Below, in pieces: positions 50,165-58,332 of a stretch of 64,000 nt of DNA. The DNA is taken from the sequence record NC_010324.1. One strand, given 5' to 3'. The translations under genes were made by a program, and so were the position numbers. The DNA is from Escherichia phage phiEco32. Below the pieces are notes generated by a model that worked only from the letters and a program-made list of their open reading frames with translations, did no database searches and was not told where the DNA came from. The first letter of the stretch is position 1. Every line of letters starts with the position of its first letter.

Positions 50165-50412
50165 TATGTGTTATCCACCAAAAGTTCTGCCGACACAGGA
50201 ATAACTCGACAATAAATAGAAGGTGCTGTTACATTGCCATCAGACAGACGAAGAGTGATTGATCTGTCAGAGTTGATAGTAACGTTTGGACTTGCAGACA
50301 CAGACCCTTTGACATACAGGGTTGCATTGTCAGGAAACTTAAACACAGCTCCGCTGGGAAGTGAGTTGAGATCAACTGTAGTCACTTCTTCTTTCTTGTG
50401 AGTAATCTTCAT
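50164..50412 (-). CDS. small protein of expanded paralog family (member B)
   Basis: Start set to internal ATG (MKITHKKEE...), 1 nt after the upstream stop; DLNSLPSGAVFKF. Confidence 0.5.
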   Translation of the reverse strand: MKITHKKEEVTTVDLNSLPSGAVFKFPDNATLYVKGSVSASPNVTINSDRSITLRLSDGNVTAPSIYCRVIPVSAELLVDNT

Positions 50413-50413
50413 A

Positions 50414-50644
50414 TTATTTACCCTGAATAATAAGTTTAGATTCGAACAGATCAACAGTATTGGACAAAGGGACCGGAAAGAAAATATCTTTAGGGTTCCG
50501 AACACACATTGCAGAATGTTCCCCTGTTTTTATCCAGAATTTAGGGACTACATCGTCACCAGTAAAACGGAAAACATCTCCATTCTCCAAGTCAGAGAAA
50601 GTCTTGGAGGGTGTTTTGCTTTTTGGTACTAGCTCAAAATTCAT
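50414..50644 (-). CDS. small protein of expanded paralog family (member A)
   Basis: 76 aa; FSDLENGDVFRF...FWIKTGEHSAMCVRNP. Confidence 0.5.
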   Translation of the reverse strand: MNFELVPKSKTPSKTFSDLENGDVFRFTGDDVVPKFWIKTGEHSAMCVRNPKDIFFPVPLSNTVDLFESKLIIQGK

Positions 50645-50652
50645 CTTGATTC

Positions 50653-50976
50653 CTATTTAAGTTTGAGGCTAATGTTAAGGTGCATACATGCCCTGTTCTG
50701 TACAGCAGCATAACTCCTACCGAGCATGTCAGCCATTCTCTGAATAGACATGAACCCAGCATTACGGATAAGGAACTGATCGTCTTCTTCAGACCAGACT
50801 CTTCTTTGACGCTTACGTTTTATCTGGAAATTAGAACAGGCTCTGCTAATAACTGATTTATTAGTTTCCATGATATCTGCAACTGTTTCTAAAGAGTAGT
50901 TATTAACCAAGACTTCTAGTTGTTTTACTACTTCAGGAGTCCATCTGATTCTTTCAGGTTTCATTTTACCACCCAT
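50653..50976 (-). CDS. DNA-binding protein with two helix-turn-helix (Myb/SANT-like) repeats
   Basis: 107 aa; two repeats W-x-EE...NR (WTPEVVKQLEVLVNNYSLETVADIMETNKSVISRA; WSEEDDQFLIRNAGFMSIQRMADMLGRSYAAVQNRA). Confidence 0.45.
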   Translation of the reverse strand: MGGKMKPERIRWTPEVVKQLEVLVNNYSLETVADIMETNKSVISRACSNFQIKRKRQRRVWSEEDDQFLIRNAGFMSIQRMADMLGRSYAAVQNRACMHLNISLKLK

Positions 50977-51187
50977 GCCGACTTTTGACTAATACACCAT
51001 CAATTATTAGATAGTGTGAATGGTTAATCATATCCGAAGACAAGTCTCCGTGAGAGCTATTCCATTTAAGGAAATTCATATTTTCCCAATCAGTGTAGTG
51101 CTTTTTGGCTTCTTCCTCTACCTGACTAAGAGTTACCCTTCTGAAAGGATAAGGACTATGCTTTATAAGCGTCTCACATTTTGTCAT
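50966..51187 (-). CDS. hypothetical protein
   Basis: 73 aa; GGAGG RBS; preceded by a 290-bp intergenic region with a sigma70-like TTGAAT-17-TTATAT arrangement on the minus strand. Confidence 0.4.
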   Translation of the reverse strand: MTKCETLIKHSPYPFRRVTLSQVEEEAKKHYTDWENMNFLKWNSSHGDLSSDMINHSHYLIIDGVLVKSRHGW

Positions 51188-51604
51188 ACACCCTCCAATT
51201 AAACATTTATATAAGACTTGCTTAGATAAAGATTCAATAAATAGGGGGAGGGGGCGAATCCTCCCTTATCCTATTAATTAATATTGCATGTAAGACCTAA
51301 CAATCGGTTGCCTTTGTAGGAATAAGCGTAAAGCCAATCCAGCACTAAACTCCCGCCCCCTTAGTGGGCTGGGTTATTAAAGGGTAACGCCCTTATGGGC
51401 TAGTTACATGAATGTTAGTTTGATAGGAGATCTGAAGTCCTATCTCAAAGGACTCTCGTAAGAATCCTTCACGATATTACTTATTCATCTCTCGTCGGCT
51501 ATCTCTCCAAGCCAGCCAAGTGTAGGTTTTCAATTCTTCAAAGTCTTCTGGAGAGAATAGATAATCTTTGAAGGTGTTTCCAAACCACTCTAAAAATTCT
51601 TTAG

Positions 51605-51865
51605 TCATGAGTCCTCATACTTTTTGTTAGGAAGGATGAAATCCCAAAGAGCAGCCCATGCTACGAGTGCTATAAACAGTACAGCAATAATAGGCCACAA
51701 GAAAACCATAGCTGCTATCTTTCCTAGGTCTGGCTCACCATCCCAACCTCGGAAACACTGATTACCTTTAACATCTATAATCTTAATCAGAACACCTGAT
51801 ACTACTGATCCTATCAGATAGGCTATTAACACACTAACAAGACTGGTCACAAGGTTGATCTCCAC
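51605..51865 (-). CDS. small membrane protein (two TMDs)
   Basis: 86 aa; GTG start; LVSVLIAYLIGSVVSGVLI and AAMVFLWPIIAVLFIALVAWAALW. Confidence 0.4.
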   Translation of the reverse strand: MEINLVTSLVSVLIAYLIGSVVSGVLIKIIDVKGNQCFRGWDGEPDLGKIAAMVFLWPIIAVLFIALVAWAALWDFILPNKKYEDS

Positions 51866-52016
51866 ATGTTTTACAGATCACTGGTGAGTAACTACAGGCA
51901 GGATATACTGACACCCCATCAAACGTCTCACATCCACAATCAGGACATGTACCGTTGGATTCCATGTCATAATCGTCATCTATTTCACCACCGCCAAAAC
52001 AACTCATACAGGCTCC

Positions 52017-52238
52017 TTAGTAAACTAAACCTGTAGCCTTTGCATCAGGCTGAGGGACTACTTTTGCGCTAGGGCGATAACCATCCACTGAACCGTTCCA
52101 AAGATTGACACAGGTGATATATCCATCGTTTATGATGTCTGTTTTAATCCAGAAGTGTTTATCATGACCAAAAACACTTCCGTTTGGAAGGCTGGACAGC
52201 TCAACGGTTTTAAGTGACTGCTTAGAGTCTAGTTTCAT
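52017..52238 (-). CDS. small protein of expanded paralog family (member E)
   Basis: Start set to internal ATG (MKLDSKQS...); LSSLPNGSVFGHDKHFWIKTDIINDGYITCVNLWNGSV. Confidence 0.5.
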   Translation of the reverse strand: MKLDSKQSLKTVELSSLPNGSVFGHDKHFWIKTDIINDGYITCVNLWNGSVDGYRPSAKVVPQPDAKATGLVY

Positions 52239-52245
52239 AATAACC

Positions 52246-52494
52246 TCAATTATCGTAGCATGTATCCCAATACATGTAGTTAACGTATGTTCTCGGTTTG
52301 AGTCCATATATAATGAAGTGTGTCTTCTTAATCCTTTCCTTCAGCGTGTAATAAAGGCCATCACTGAAGTTACCAATCTTTACTTGGAAGCGTAAGGAGC
52401 GAGCATCCATTCGAAGCATAGAGATTAGCTGTACCCTACTACCTCCAGCCATCTCTTCAAGAAGCTTCTTTGTATTCCAATAATGAGCTGTCAT
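52246..52494 (-). CDS. hypothetical protein
   Basis: 82 aa; 1 nt after the upstream stop. Confidence 0.4.
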   Translation of the reverse strand: MTAHYWNTKKLLEEMAGGSRVQLISMLRMDARSLRFQVKIGNFSDGLYYTLKERIKKTHFIIYGLKPRTYVNYMYWDTCYDN

Positions 52495-52495
52495 A

Positions 52496-52777
52496 TTACC
52501 ACTCCTTACCGGTTGTTGTTACAGAACCACCACACCACTGTGCATCTGACAAGGTTTTAGTTTCCTCATCTACTGCTGCACCATTCAGGCATGAGATACC
52601 ACTATAACGCATATCAATTTCACCAGAAGGAACCTTCTCACCCTTATGCCAGCGAGAAACACAAACACCTTCCACTGCTACTGCACACCATCCATCAGGA
52701 CGGCTCTGTACGCAGCCTGTAAGGGCCACACAGACAAGGAAGATACAGATTAAGGATATTACACCACCCCAACTCAT
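52496..52777 (-). CDS. lipoprotein (signal peptide plus lipobox LTGC)
   Basis: 93 aa; MSWGGVISLICIFLVCVALTGC; mature part Cys-rich; first gene downstream of the tRNA. Confidence 0.55.
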   Translation of the reverse strand: MSWGGVISLICIFLVCVALTGCVQSRPDGWCAVAVEGVCVSRWHKGEKVPSGEIDMRYSGISCLNGAAVDEETKTLSDAQWCGGSVTTTGKEW

Positions 52778-52796
52778 ATCTACCTCCTATTTGATT

Positions 52797-52873
52797 TGGC
52801 GCACCCTACAGGATTCGAACCTGTAACCGACGGATTAGAAATCCGATGTTCTGTCCAATTGAACTAAGGGCGC
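52797..52873 (-). tRNA. tRNA-Arg (anticodon UCU), CCA encoded
   Basis: Minus-strand cloverleaf: acceptor GCGCCCT/AGGGTGC (one G-U), D-arm GTTC-AATTGGACA-GAAC, anticodon loop UUUCUAA, T-arm ACAGG-TTCGAAT-CCTGT, discriminator G then CCA. Acceptor and T-arm match E. coli argU from memory. Confidence 0.85.
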
Positions 52874-53053
52874 AGGATTATTTAGATCATGTCTCGCTTG
52901 GTGATATGACCACATGTTTTACACTGCACGATGTAGCGTAAACCTTTATGTTTCGTACCACCATAATCATCAGTGATCTTTAGTGTATACTTTTCAAGGA
53001 TTGTCCAATCATGCAGATGCAGTAGACGTTTAAACCACTTGAACATATTAACC

Positions 53054-53305
53054 TCAAGCACAAGCAGGGAGAGTGATGATTTTATACTTGCCTTCAAACT
53101 CTCCAAATAAACCCAAGAATGTAGGACTGTAAGTACCAGTGCAAACAAACTCATCAAATAATTCGTTATAGCTAGGCTTAATCTTCCAAGCCCATACATA
53201 ACCCATCTTGTCAATTGCAATGTAACGAGTGTTCAGAGGAACAGTCATCATTACACCGTCAACTTCAATCACTTTAGTGATTGGTGCAGCTTGGAAGTTT
53301 TTCAT
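53054..53305 (-). CDS. hypothetical protein
   Basis: Start set to internal ATG (MKNFQAAPI...) just after the upstream stop. Confidence 0.4.
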   Translation of the reverse strand: MKNFQAAPITKVIEVDGVMMTVPLNTRYIAIDKMGYVWAWKIKPSYNELFDEFVCTGTYSPTFLGLFGEFEGKYKIITLPACA

Positions 53306-53526
53306 CCTACTCTCCTGACGTTTAGGGTAGCTTGGTAAAATTTGACAGGACAACTTCTGTCAAACGTAAATCTTGTTTCAGGGTTATTTATACAGATAGC
53401 ATGTCTGTGCATAACCTTCATATATAAAGGAGGTTTTGTATCCCCATCTATCTCTAGAGAGAACACATCACCATTACGTAGACTACCAAAAGTATTATCC
53501 CTAGGCTCAGAGCGAACGATAATCAT
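53302..53526 (-). CDS. small protein of expanded paralog family (member F)
   Basis: 74 aa; FGSLRNGDVFSL...AICINNPETRF. Confidence 0.5.
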   Translation of the reverse strand: MIIVRSEPRDNTFGSLRNGDVFSLEIDGDTKPPLYMKVMHRHAICINNPETRFTFDRSCPVKFYQATLNVRRVG

Positions 53527-53699
53527 ACTTTACCTTTGATAAAAATATCATTACCACAGACACAGCATGAACGAACAACAGTAGCGCCACGCTGAACGAT
53601 ACGAACCTCTTCCTTAACCAGATTAATACGAGCACCACAGCAAGGAGAGTTGACATAAGAGTAACCAGCTTGTGTATTCTTGATTGTTTGCTTAGACAT
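53523..53699 (-). CDS. small zinc-ribbon-like protein (58 aa, below ORF-track threshold)
   Basis: Hand-called: MSKQTIKNTQAGYSYVNSPCCGARINLVKEEVRIVQRGATVVRSCCVCGNDIFIKGKV; AGAGGAA RBS; stop overlaps the next start (ATGA). Confidence 0.4.
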   Translation of the reverse strand: MSKQTIKNTQAGYSYVNSPCCGARINLVKEEVRIVQRGATVVRSCCVCGNDIFIKGKV

Positions 53700-53744
53700 T
53701 TGAGCTTCCTCTTGTTAGTTTAAGTAAGAGCTGTCCCTTAATTA

Positions 53745-53772
53745 AAACAACAAAGGCCGCCCGAAGGCAGCC
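53745..53772 (-). terminator. rho-independent terminator (minus strand)
   Basis: On minus strand ggcugcc-uucg-ggcggcc followed by uuuguuguuuu; directly after the stop of 53778..54029. Confidence 0.5.
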
Positions 53773-53777
53773 TCTCT

Positions 53778-54029
53778 TTATTGACTAACACCACGAATCA
53801 GATGATTCTGTAGCATCTCGTCTTCTGCATTATACAGGAACGCAAACATCAACTCCTTAGCCACATCTCTTGAGCAATTAAGACACTTAGAGATTTGCGT
53901 TAGTTGCATGTTGCGTTCTGTGTGTTCCATCAAGGCAATGCGAATGATCTCTCGCATACCTATCACATGGGTTGTCTTAACCGGCATAGGTCCAATTGCC
54001 TTGCTTATTACGGATGGCTGACATTGCAT
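53778..54029 (-). CDS. hypothetical protein (possible HTH)
   Basis: 83 aa; true start probably an internal Met (MPVKTT or MREII). Confidence 0.35.
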   Translation of the reverse strand: MQCQPSVISKAIGPMPVKTTHVIGMREIIRIALMEHTERNMQLTQISKCLNCSRDVAKELMFAFLYNAEDEMLQNHLIRGVSQ

Positions 54030-54475
54030 GAATCCAGAAGCCTTCCAGTTTCAGAGCACCATTAGCTACTGCATCCATACGTTCAGGGCGGTTCATACGT
54101 TTGGTTGATACTTTCATACATATCTCTCTTTGTTAGTGGAGGCATTATTGCCAGTTGATATAAGGGATAGCCCTAGTCAGTAGACTAATCCTGACCGCGT
54201 ACTCATCGCCGACCTTCTCTGCCTAAGAGTTCAGGTTCTAGAGCTATCTCTTATTCCAACTGGTGAAGACCTCCTACCCCTAGGAGATCTCCCAAATCCC
54301 AAACCAATACGTACCCCTACGTAGTGGAAAGTCTACCGAAATTGCACAGGTTTTAGTCTAACACCGGATGTTTGAGCAAGCTCTCCCTAGCGGTGCGGCA
54401 TATGCCTGATTGATATAGTTAACGAGGAACACCCTCACATAGCCCTCTGATAAACACAAGGGCTATAAGTCGGTG

Positions 54476-54694
54476 TTACTTTTGGGATAAACACAGATCG
54501 GGACGTGGCATAACAGTGGTTGATAGACCGAAGACTTCAACAGAACCACTATTCAGGTTAGCGGCCTTGCACAAACCATCAGGAGTTTTATCTTCTAACA
54601 TTAGCCAGAAACGTCTATCGTAGGAGAAAACATCACCACTTTTAACATCTTCTGCATTTGCATATTTAGGATAATCAACTACTTTAATTTCCAT
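54476..54694 (-). CDS. small protein of expanded paralog family (member G)
   Basis: 72 aa; AEDVKSGDVFSYDRRFWLML...CKAANLNSGSVEVF. Confidence 0.5.
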   Translation of the reverse strand: MEIKVVDYPKYANAEDVKSGDVFSYDRRFWLMLEDKTPDGLCKAANLNSGSVEVFGLSTTVMPRPDLCLSQK

Positions 54695-54952
54695 CTACTT
54701 ACCTTTATTAGTAATTACTACATCAGGGATAAGGATTACAGGAAGACTTGAATCAAGCTTCATAACCTGATTAGTTCTTAAACCAAGTACAACTGTTCCA
54801 GAATCTCTCCTGTCTGATTCTGTTACGTGTGGAGTGAATAAACTAACAACTAAATAGTGATCGACACGCGTAGCTTTAACTTGGAACACATCCCCAAGCT
54901 TTAAATCACCCACTGTGAGATCTGCGTCTTTCATCTCAAGATCAATCTTCAT
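54695..54952 (-). CDS. small protein of expanded paralog family (member H)
   Basis: 85 aa; VGDLKLGDVFQV...VVLGLRTNQVM. Confidence 0.5.
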   Translation of the reverse strand: MKIDLEMKDADLTVGDLKLGDVFQVKATRVDHYLVVSLFTPHVTESDRRDSGTVVLGLRTNQVMKLDSSLPVILIPDVVITNKGK

Positions 54953-55202
54953 CTTTAGCCCCTATATTGGTTATTTGGAGATCACTGCGTACTTGGCAGA
55001 CTTCATCCCGTTTAAAAGGCATAAGCTTTCCAGTTACCACATCAACACAGTTCACATAGTTATCTGCGTATAGTGTGTCGGTTCTAATATAAAGAGAGTC
55101 TTTACGCTCAAATAGAACGCCCGGCTTCATGTTGTTTAAGCGAAGCATTGTATGGTCGGATTTAATATTAACTTTCACTGTTAATCCCCTGCTGTTTAGC
55201 AA
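54942..55202 (-). CDS. small protein of expanded paralog family (member I)
   Basis: 86 aa; NMKPGVLFERKDSLYIRT...CVDVVTGKLM. Confidence 0.45.
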   Translation of the reverse strand: MLNSRGLTVKVNIKSDHTMLRLNNMKPGVLFERKDSLYIRTDTLYADNYVNCVDVVTGKLMPFKRDEVCQVRSDLQITNIGAKDED

Positions 55203-55464
55203 TAGCTACTCGCAAGTCTTCATTAGCACGAGCAAGGCGCAACACTTCGTGGTTGAGGTTCTGAAGACGTTTGTTTCTGTCCTCTACTTGCATAATAAGA
55301 TCGTTGAGTGTTACTTTAACTTTCTCATTATACATCTCATCCACTCGGACTAGAGATCTATACATTCTCTCCCAGCTTGCTGCTTTGTTTCTGAGAACAA
55401 TAAACCCTATAACGCTGATAGTTAAACAGAGTACAAAAAGGAATTTATATACTTCTAAAGTCAT
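55168..55464 (-). CDS. membrane-anchored coiled-coil protein
   Basis: 98 aa; N-terminal TMD FLFVLCLTISVIGFIVL then helical charged region. Confidence 0.4.
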   Translation of the reverse strand: MTLEVYKFLFVLCLTISVIGFIVLRNKAASWERMYRSLVRVDEMYNEKVKVTLNDLIMQVEDRNKRLQNLNHEVLRLARANEDLRVAIAKQQGINSES

Positions 55465-55663
55465 ATTATTTACCCTTTATCAGAGATTAAAAGTAATATT
55501 ATTTAAGTAAGTTAAATTTAGTAAACTTATTTTCTAAGAAATTTTCAAAGGGTCTATATACAGAGCATTACCCATAGTCCCAGAATACTACCATCTTTTT
55601 CAATAAATTTACTAAGTGGTTGGTTTATAAAGGAATTTAGTTTGTCAAATCTGGCACTAGTGA

Positions 55664-56053
55664 TTATTCCCTAGAGCTATTATCGAACACTAAATCACCA
55701 CAATACATAGGATTGGCATACCATTTTGGCACCCCTTCGCTCTTACTCTGAAAGTAAGTCCCACTGTACAGCGGAACGTAATTCTTCTTAAGGGCACGTT
55801 TAGCAAGTCGCTCGCTTTCTCCAATGGCTTGCTTAGTCATCGGATTTTTATCACGAATCAGCTTTACATAACGTTTATAAGGTTTCTCCTGTTTTAATAG
55901 TACCGGAATCCACTCAAACTGGTTCTTTTGTCTTATCACCTGTTCAGCGGTCAGTTTTCGTTGGGCCATTCTATTTATCACGGTATCCGCAACTAAAGCC
56001 TTACATGCGGTTGGCTGATTCCCTGCCTCATAATAAATAGTCAATGTCAACAT
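55664..56053 (-). CDS. cell-wall hydrolase, SleB/CwlJ-like (Hydrolase_2-type)
   Basis: 129 aa; TIYYEAGNQPTACKALVADTVINRM parallels the SleB signature IYGEARGE...VA-VI-NR. Confidence 0.45.
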   Translation of the reverse strand: MLTLTIYYEAGNQPTACKALVADTVINRMAQRKLTAEQVIRQKNQFEWIPVLLKQEKPYKRYVKLIRDKNPMTKQAIGESERLAKRALKKNYVPLYSGTYFQSKSEGVPKWYANPMYCGDLVFDNSSRE

Positions 56054-56125
56054 TAGCTGTGCCGTTGTTATCAGAACTTGCTACCTCCTGTTTTGTTGTT
56101 TCAATAAACACCCTCGAAAAGATGC

Positions 56126-56155
56126 TTATAGAAACACCCCTCCCTTTCGGGAGAG
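56126..56155 (-). terminator. terminator hairpin downstream of the YadA-like gene (minus strand)
   Basis: On minus strand ccucuccc-gaaa-gggagggg (one G-U) followed by uguuucua...cuuuuc. Confidence 0.4.
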
Positions 56156-56163
56156 GCACTATC

Positions 56164-56844
56164 TTACCACTCGTAACTTACACCAGCGCCCAGAACAGCG
56201 TCACTCTCTGAAGTCATTGCCACTGATGCTTTAGTTACTACGTTTTCATTGAAACGAGCACTAACACCAATAGCAAGAGCAGATTCACCATCGTAAGCAC
56301 CTACCCCAGCACCAACAGAGAAAGCAGATCCTTGACTTACTTGCGGGATGTTAGCCATTGCAGCCACGCCAGAAATACCAGCAGAGGCATGATCACGGTT
56401 ACGGTCTACTTGTTTTTGCAAAGAAGCAAAACGTTTGTTGGTGGATTGTTCCAGAGCTTTGATGGATTTGGCGTTAGCATTAACGGCAGACATATCTGCA
56501 TCTTTACCATTTTTACCATTTAATCCGTCAACGCCATTCAAACCTGCTGCACCAGTTAGGCCAGTTTCGCCTTTCTTACCATCTGCACCAGAATCGCCTT
56601 TTTCACCTTGAGCGCCATCTTTACCATCAATGCCGTCTTTACCATCAATGCCATTAGCGCCAGTGTCGCCTTTCTCTCCCTGATCACCTTTTTCACCTTT
56701 AAACCAATCTCCGATACCGCAACCATTGGTAGATTGACCTACACCACAACCTCCATTGCCATTGCCATTGTTTCCACTTTTAGCAAAAACAGGCGATGCC
56801 ATTACGGACAGAGCTAGGATTGATGATAATACAATTGCTTTCAT
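56164..56844 (-). CDS. YadA-like trimeric autotransporter-type protein with collagen-like Gly-X-Y repeats
   Basis: Start set to internal ATG (MKAIVLSSILALSVMASPVFA signal peptide). About 20 Gly-X-Y triplets (GEKGDQGEKGDTGANGIDGKDGIDGKDG...). C-terminal ~70 aa (AGISGVAAMANIPQ...AIGVSARFNENVVTKASVAMTSESDAVLGAGVSYEW) matches a YadA-type anchor. Confidence 0.6.
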   Translation of the reverse strand: MKAIVLSSILALSVMASPVFAKSGNNGNGNGGCGVGQSTNGCGIGDWFKGEKGDQGEKGDTGANGIDGKDGIDGKDGAQGEKGDSGADGKKGETGLTGAAGLNGVDGLNGKNGKDADMSAVNANAKSIKALEQSTNKRFASLQKQVDRNRDHASAGISGVAAMANIPQVSQGSAFSVGAGVGAYDGESALAIGVSARFNENVVTKASVAMTSESDAVLGAGVSYEW

Positions 56845-57062
56845 TTCATAGATTCCTATACAGTAGACATAAAAAAGCCCCAGCCGTAGCCGGGGCAAAC
56901 CTGAAAGCAACACATGACCGTTGCTATAAACACACTCGCAAATGCACTTACAGCAACGCAAAAAAGCCGCTCAAAGGCGGCTATGCGGAAGCTTCAAATG
57001 GGGAGAGGGCACGACGCTACAGAAAGAGCGTCACAGTACTAAAAGAGGGGGCTATATTCCTA

Positions 57063-57506
57063 CTACTTAACCCTTGCCTCTTTGATGGGGTCAATGTATT
57101 TCTCAACGCCCCACTTGTGTTTACTATCTGCGTAGAAAACATCAGGTGCACACTGGCTTGTCTTAGGGAAAGCCTGAGGGTCTTTCGTGCTACCCTTAAA
57201 CTTCTGTTTACCACGGGTGCGACCATTACAGAAGATTTCTAACTTCTTCTCTTCTTCTGTTTTAGCGCCCCCGCTCTGTAACAAAGAACGTTTATGATCA
57301 GCTAACAACAACGCATCAGCACGATGGACACGATGGCCTACACGTTTTGCCACACTGGAAGGAACAAGGGATTCAGCCTCAGCCTTTGCAGCACGACGTT
57401 TTAAACTACGCTTACTAACGTGATTAGTTGCCTTCGGTTTCTCTTTCTCTAGTTCAGAGATAGCAAAACAACGCCCGCCCTTCATGCTGATTTTAGATTT
57501 AGCCAC
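57063..57506 (-). CDS. hypothetical basic protein
   Basis: 147 aa, Lys/Arg-rich; followed by a hairpin and the conserved AGTACTAAAAGAGG element. Confidence 0.4.
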   Translation of the reverse strand: MAKSKISMKGGRCFAISELEKEKPKATNHVSKRSLKRRAAKAEAESLVPSSVAKRVGHRVHRADALLLADHKRSLLQSGGAKTEEEKKLEIFCNGRTRGKQKFKGSTKDPQAFPKTSQCAPDVFYADSKHKWGVEKYIDPIKEARVK

Positions 57507-57575
57507 AATCTTATTCCTTTTAGTGATAAGTTATATCGGGCAAGCCCATCAAGTCGATAGGCTTGAACAAATAAC

Positions 57576-57785
57576 TTAATCGAGTAAACTAAATGACTTC
57601 CAACTACGTATTAATATTTCGCCGTCATCCATCCTTACTGATATTTTAAGTAATTTCTTATTGCAACTGCTAACCGTTACGATCGCACCAGTAACACACT
57701 TACCCTTATTATTGTAAAGGTACATTGCACGACGGCCTAACAGACGAGATGGCGCTTTCTTAAATTCTGAAATGTTAGTGATCAT
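57576..57785 (-). CDS. hypothetical small protein (possible distant family member)
   Basis: 69 aa; similar size and beta-rich composition to the 49.6-55.2 kb family, but the shared motif is not clear. Confidence 0.3.
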   Translation of the reverse strand: MITNISEFKKAPSRLLGRRAMYLYNNKGKCVTGAIVTVSSCNKKLLKISVRMDDGEILIRSWKSFSLLD

Positions 57786-58002
57786 AATGCTTGATACCTT
57801 TGAATGTGTTCAATACGGGTTGATTGAGCAAATGACGCTTTAACAGCCATTTTCCTAACTTCTTCTTTACGCTGGTTAGTGTGTACAGTATCCCAATGAT
57901 TGTTATCACGTTGGCGCTGTAATATCTTACTACATTTTCGATGGTTTCCCGTGCTGCGATGTTTCTCACAAATAGGACACTTGCCAAAATTGCTACTGAA
58001 TA

Positions 58003-58230
58003 TCATTTTCTCAATCCCAACTTTCTTAAGATACGGCCTAACGTTGTTTCTTGCGTGATAATATAGCTGATCGCTTCACGTTCCAACGTTTCGATCTTCA
58101 TTGGCGACGGATACCATTCACCGGTAATAACACATTTACATTCAACGCCATACTTTTTAGATAGGCGGTAATGTTGACCGTTGACAAGATTCCTATAAAT
58201 CGTGGTATGCGTAATTAACATGATCATCAC
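58003..58230 (-). CDS. hypothetical protein
   Basis: 75 aa ORF in the GC-richer segment. Confidence 0.35.
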   Translation of the reverse strand: MMIMLITHTTIYRNLVNGQHYRLSKKYGVECKCVITGEWYPSPMKIETLEREAISYIITQETTLGRILRKLGLRK

Positions 58231-58332
58231 CTTTGATTAAATTCTTTGATTAATGCACTGAATCAATGCACTGATAAAAGAAAAGGCGCTACCCGTTAAG
58301 ATAGCGCCTTATGTTTATTCAAATTGTCTTAC

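Noticed and set aside
52797-52873. Possible suppressor tRNA: one parse of the anticodon stem-loop gives anticodon CUA (reads UAG).
   Set aside because: That parse requires a 5-nt loop or unpaired stem. The canonical 7-nt loop UUUCUAA with U33 and A37 gives anticodon UCU (Arg), and the acceptor and T-arm match bacterial tRNA-Arg(UCU).
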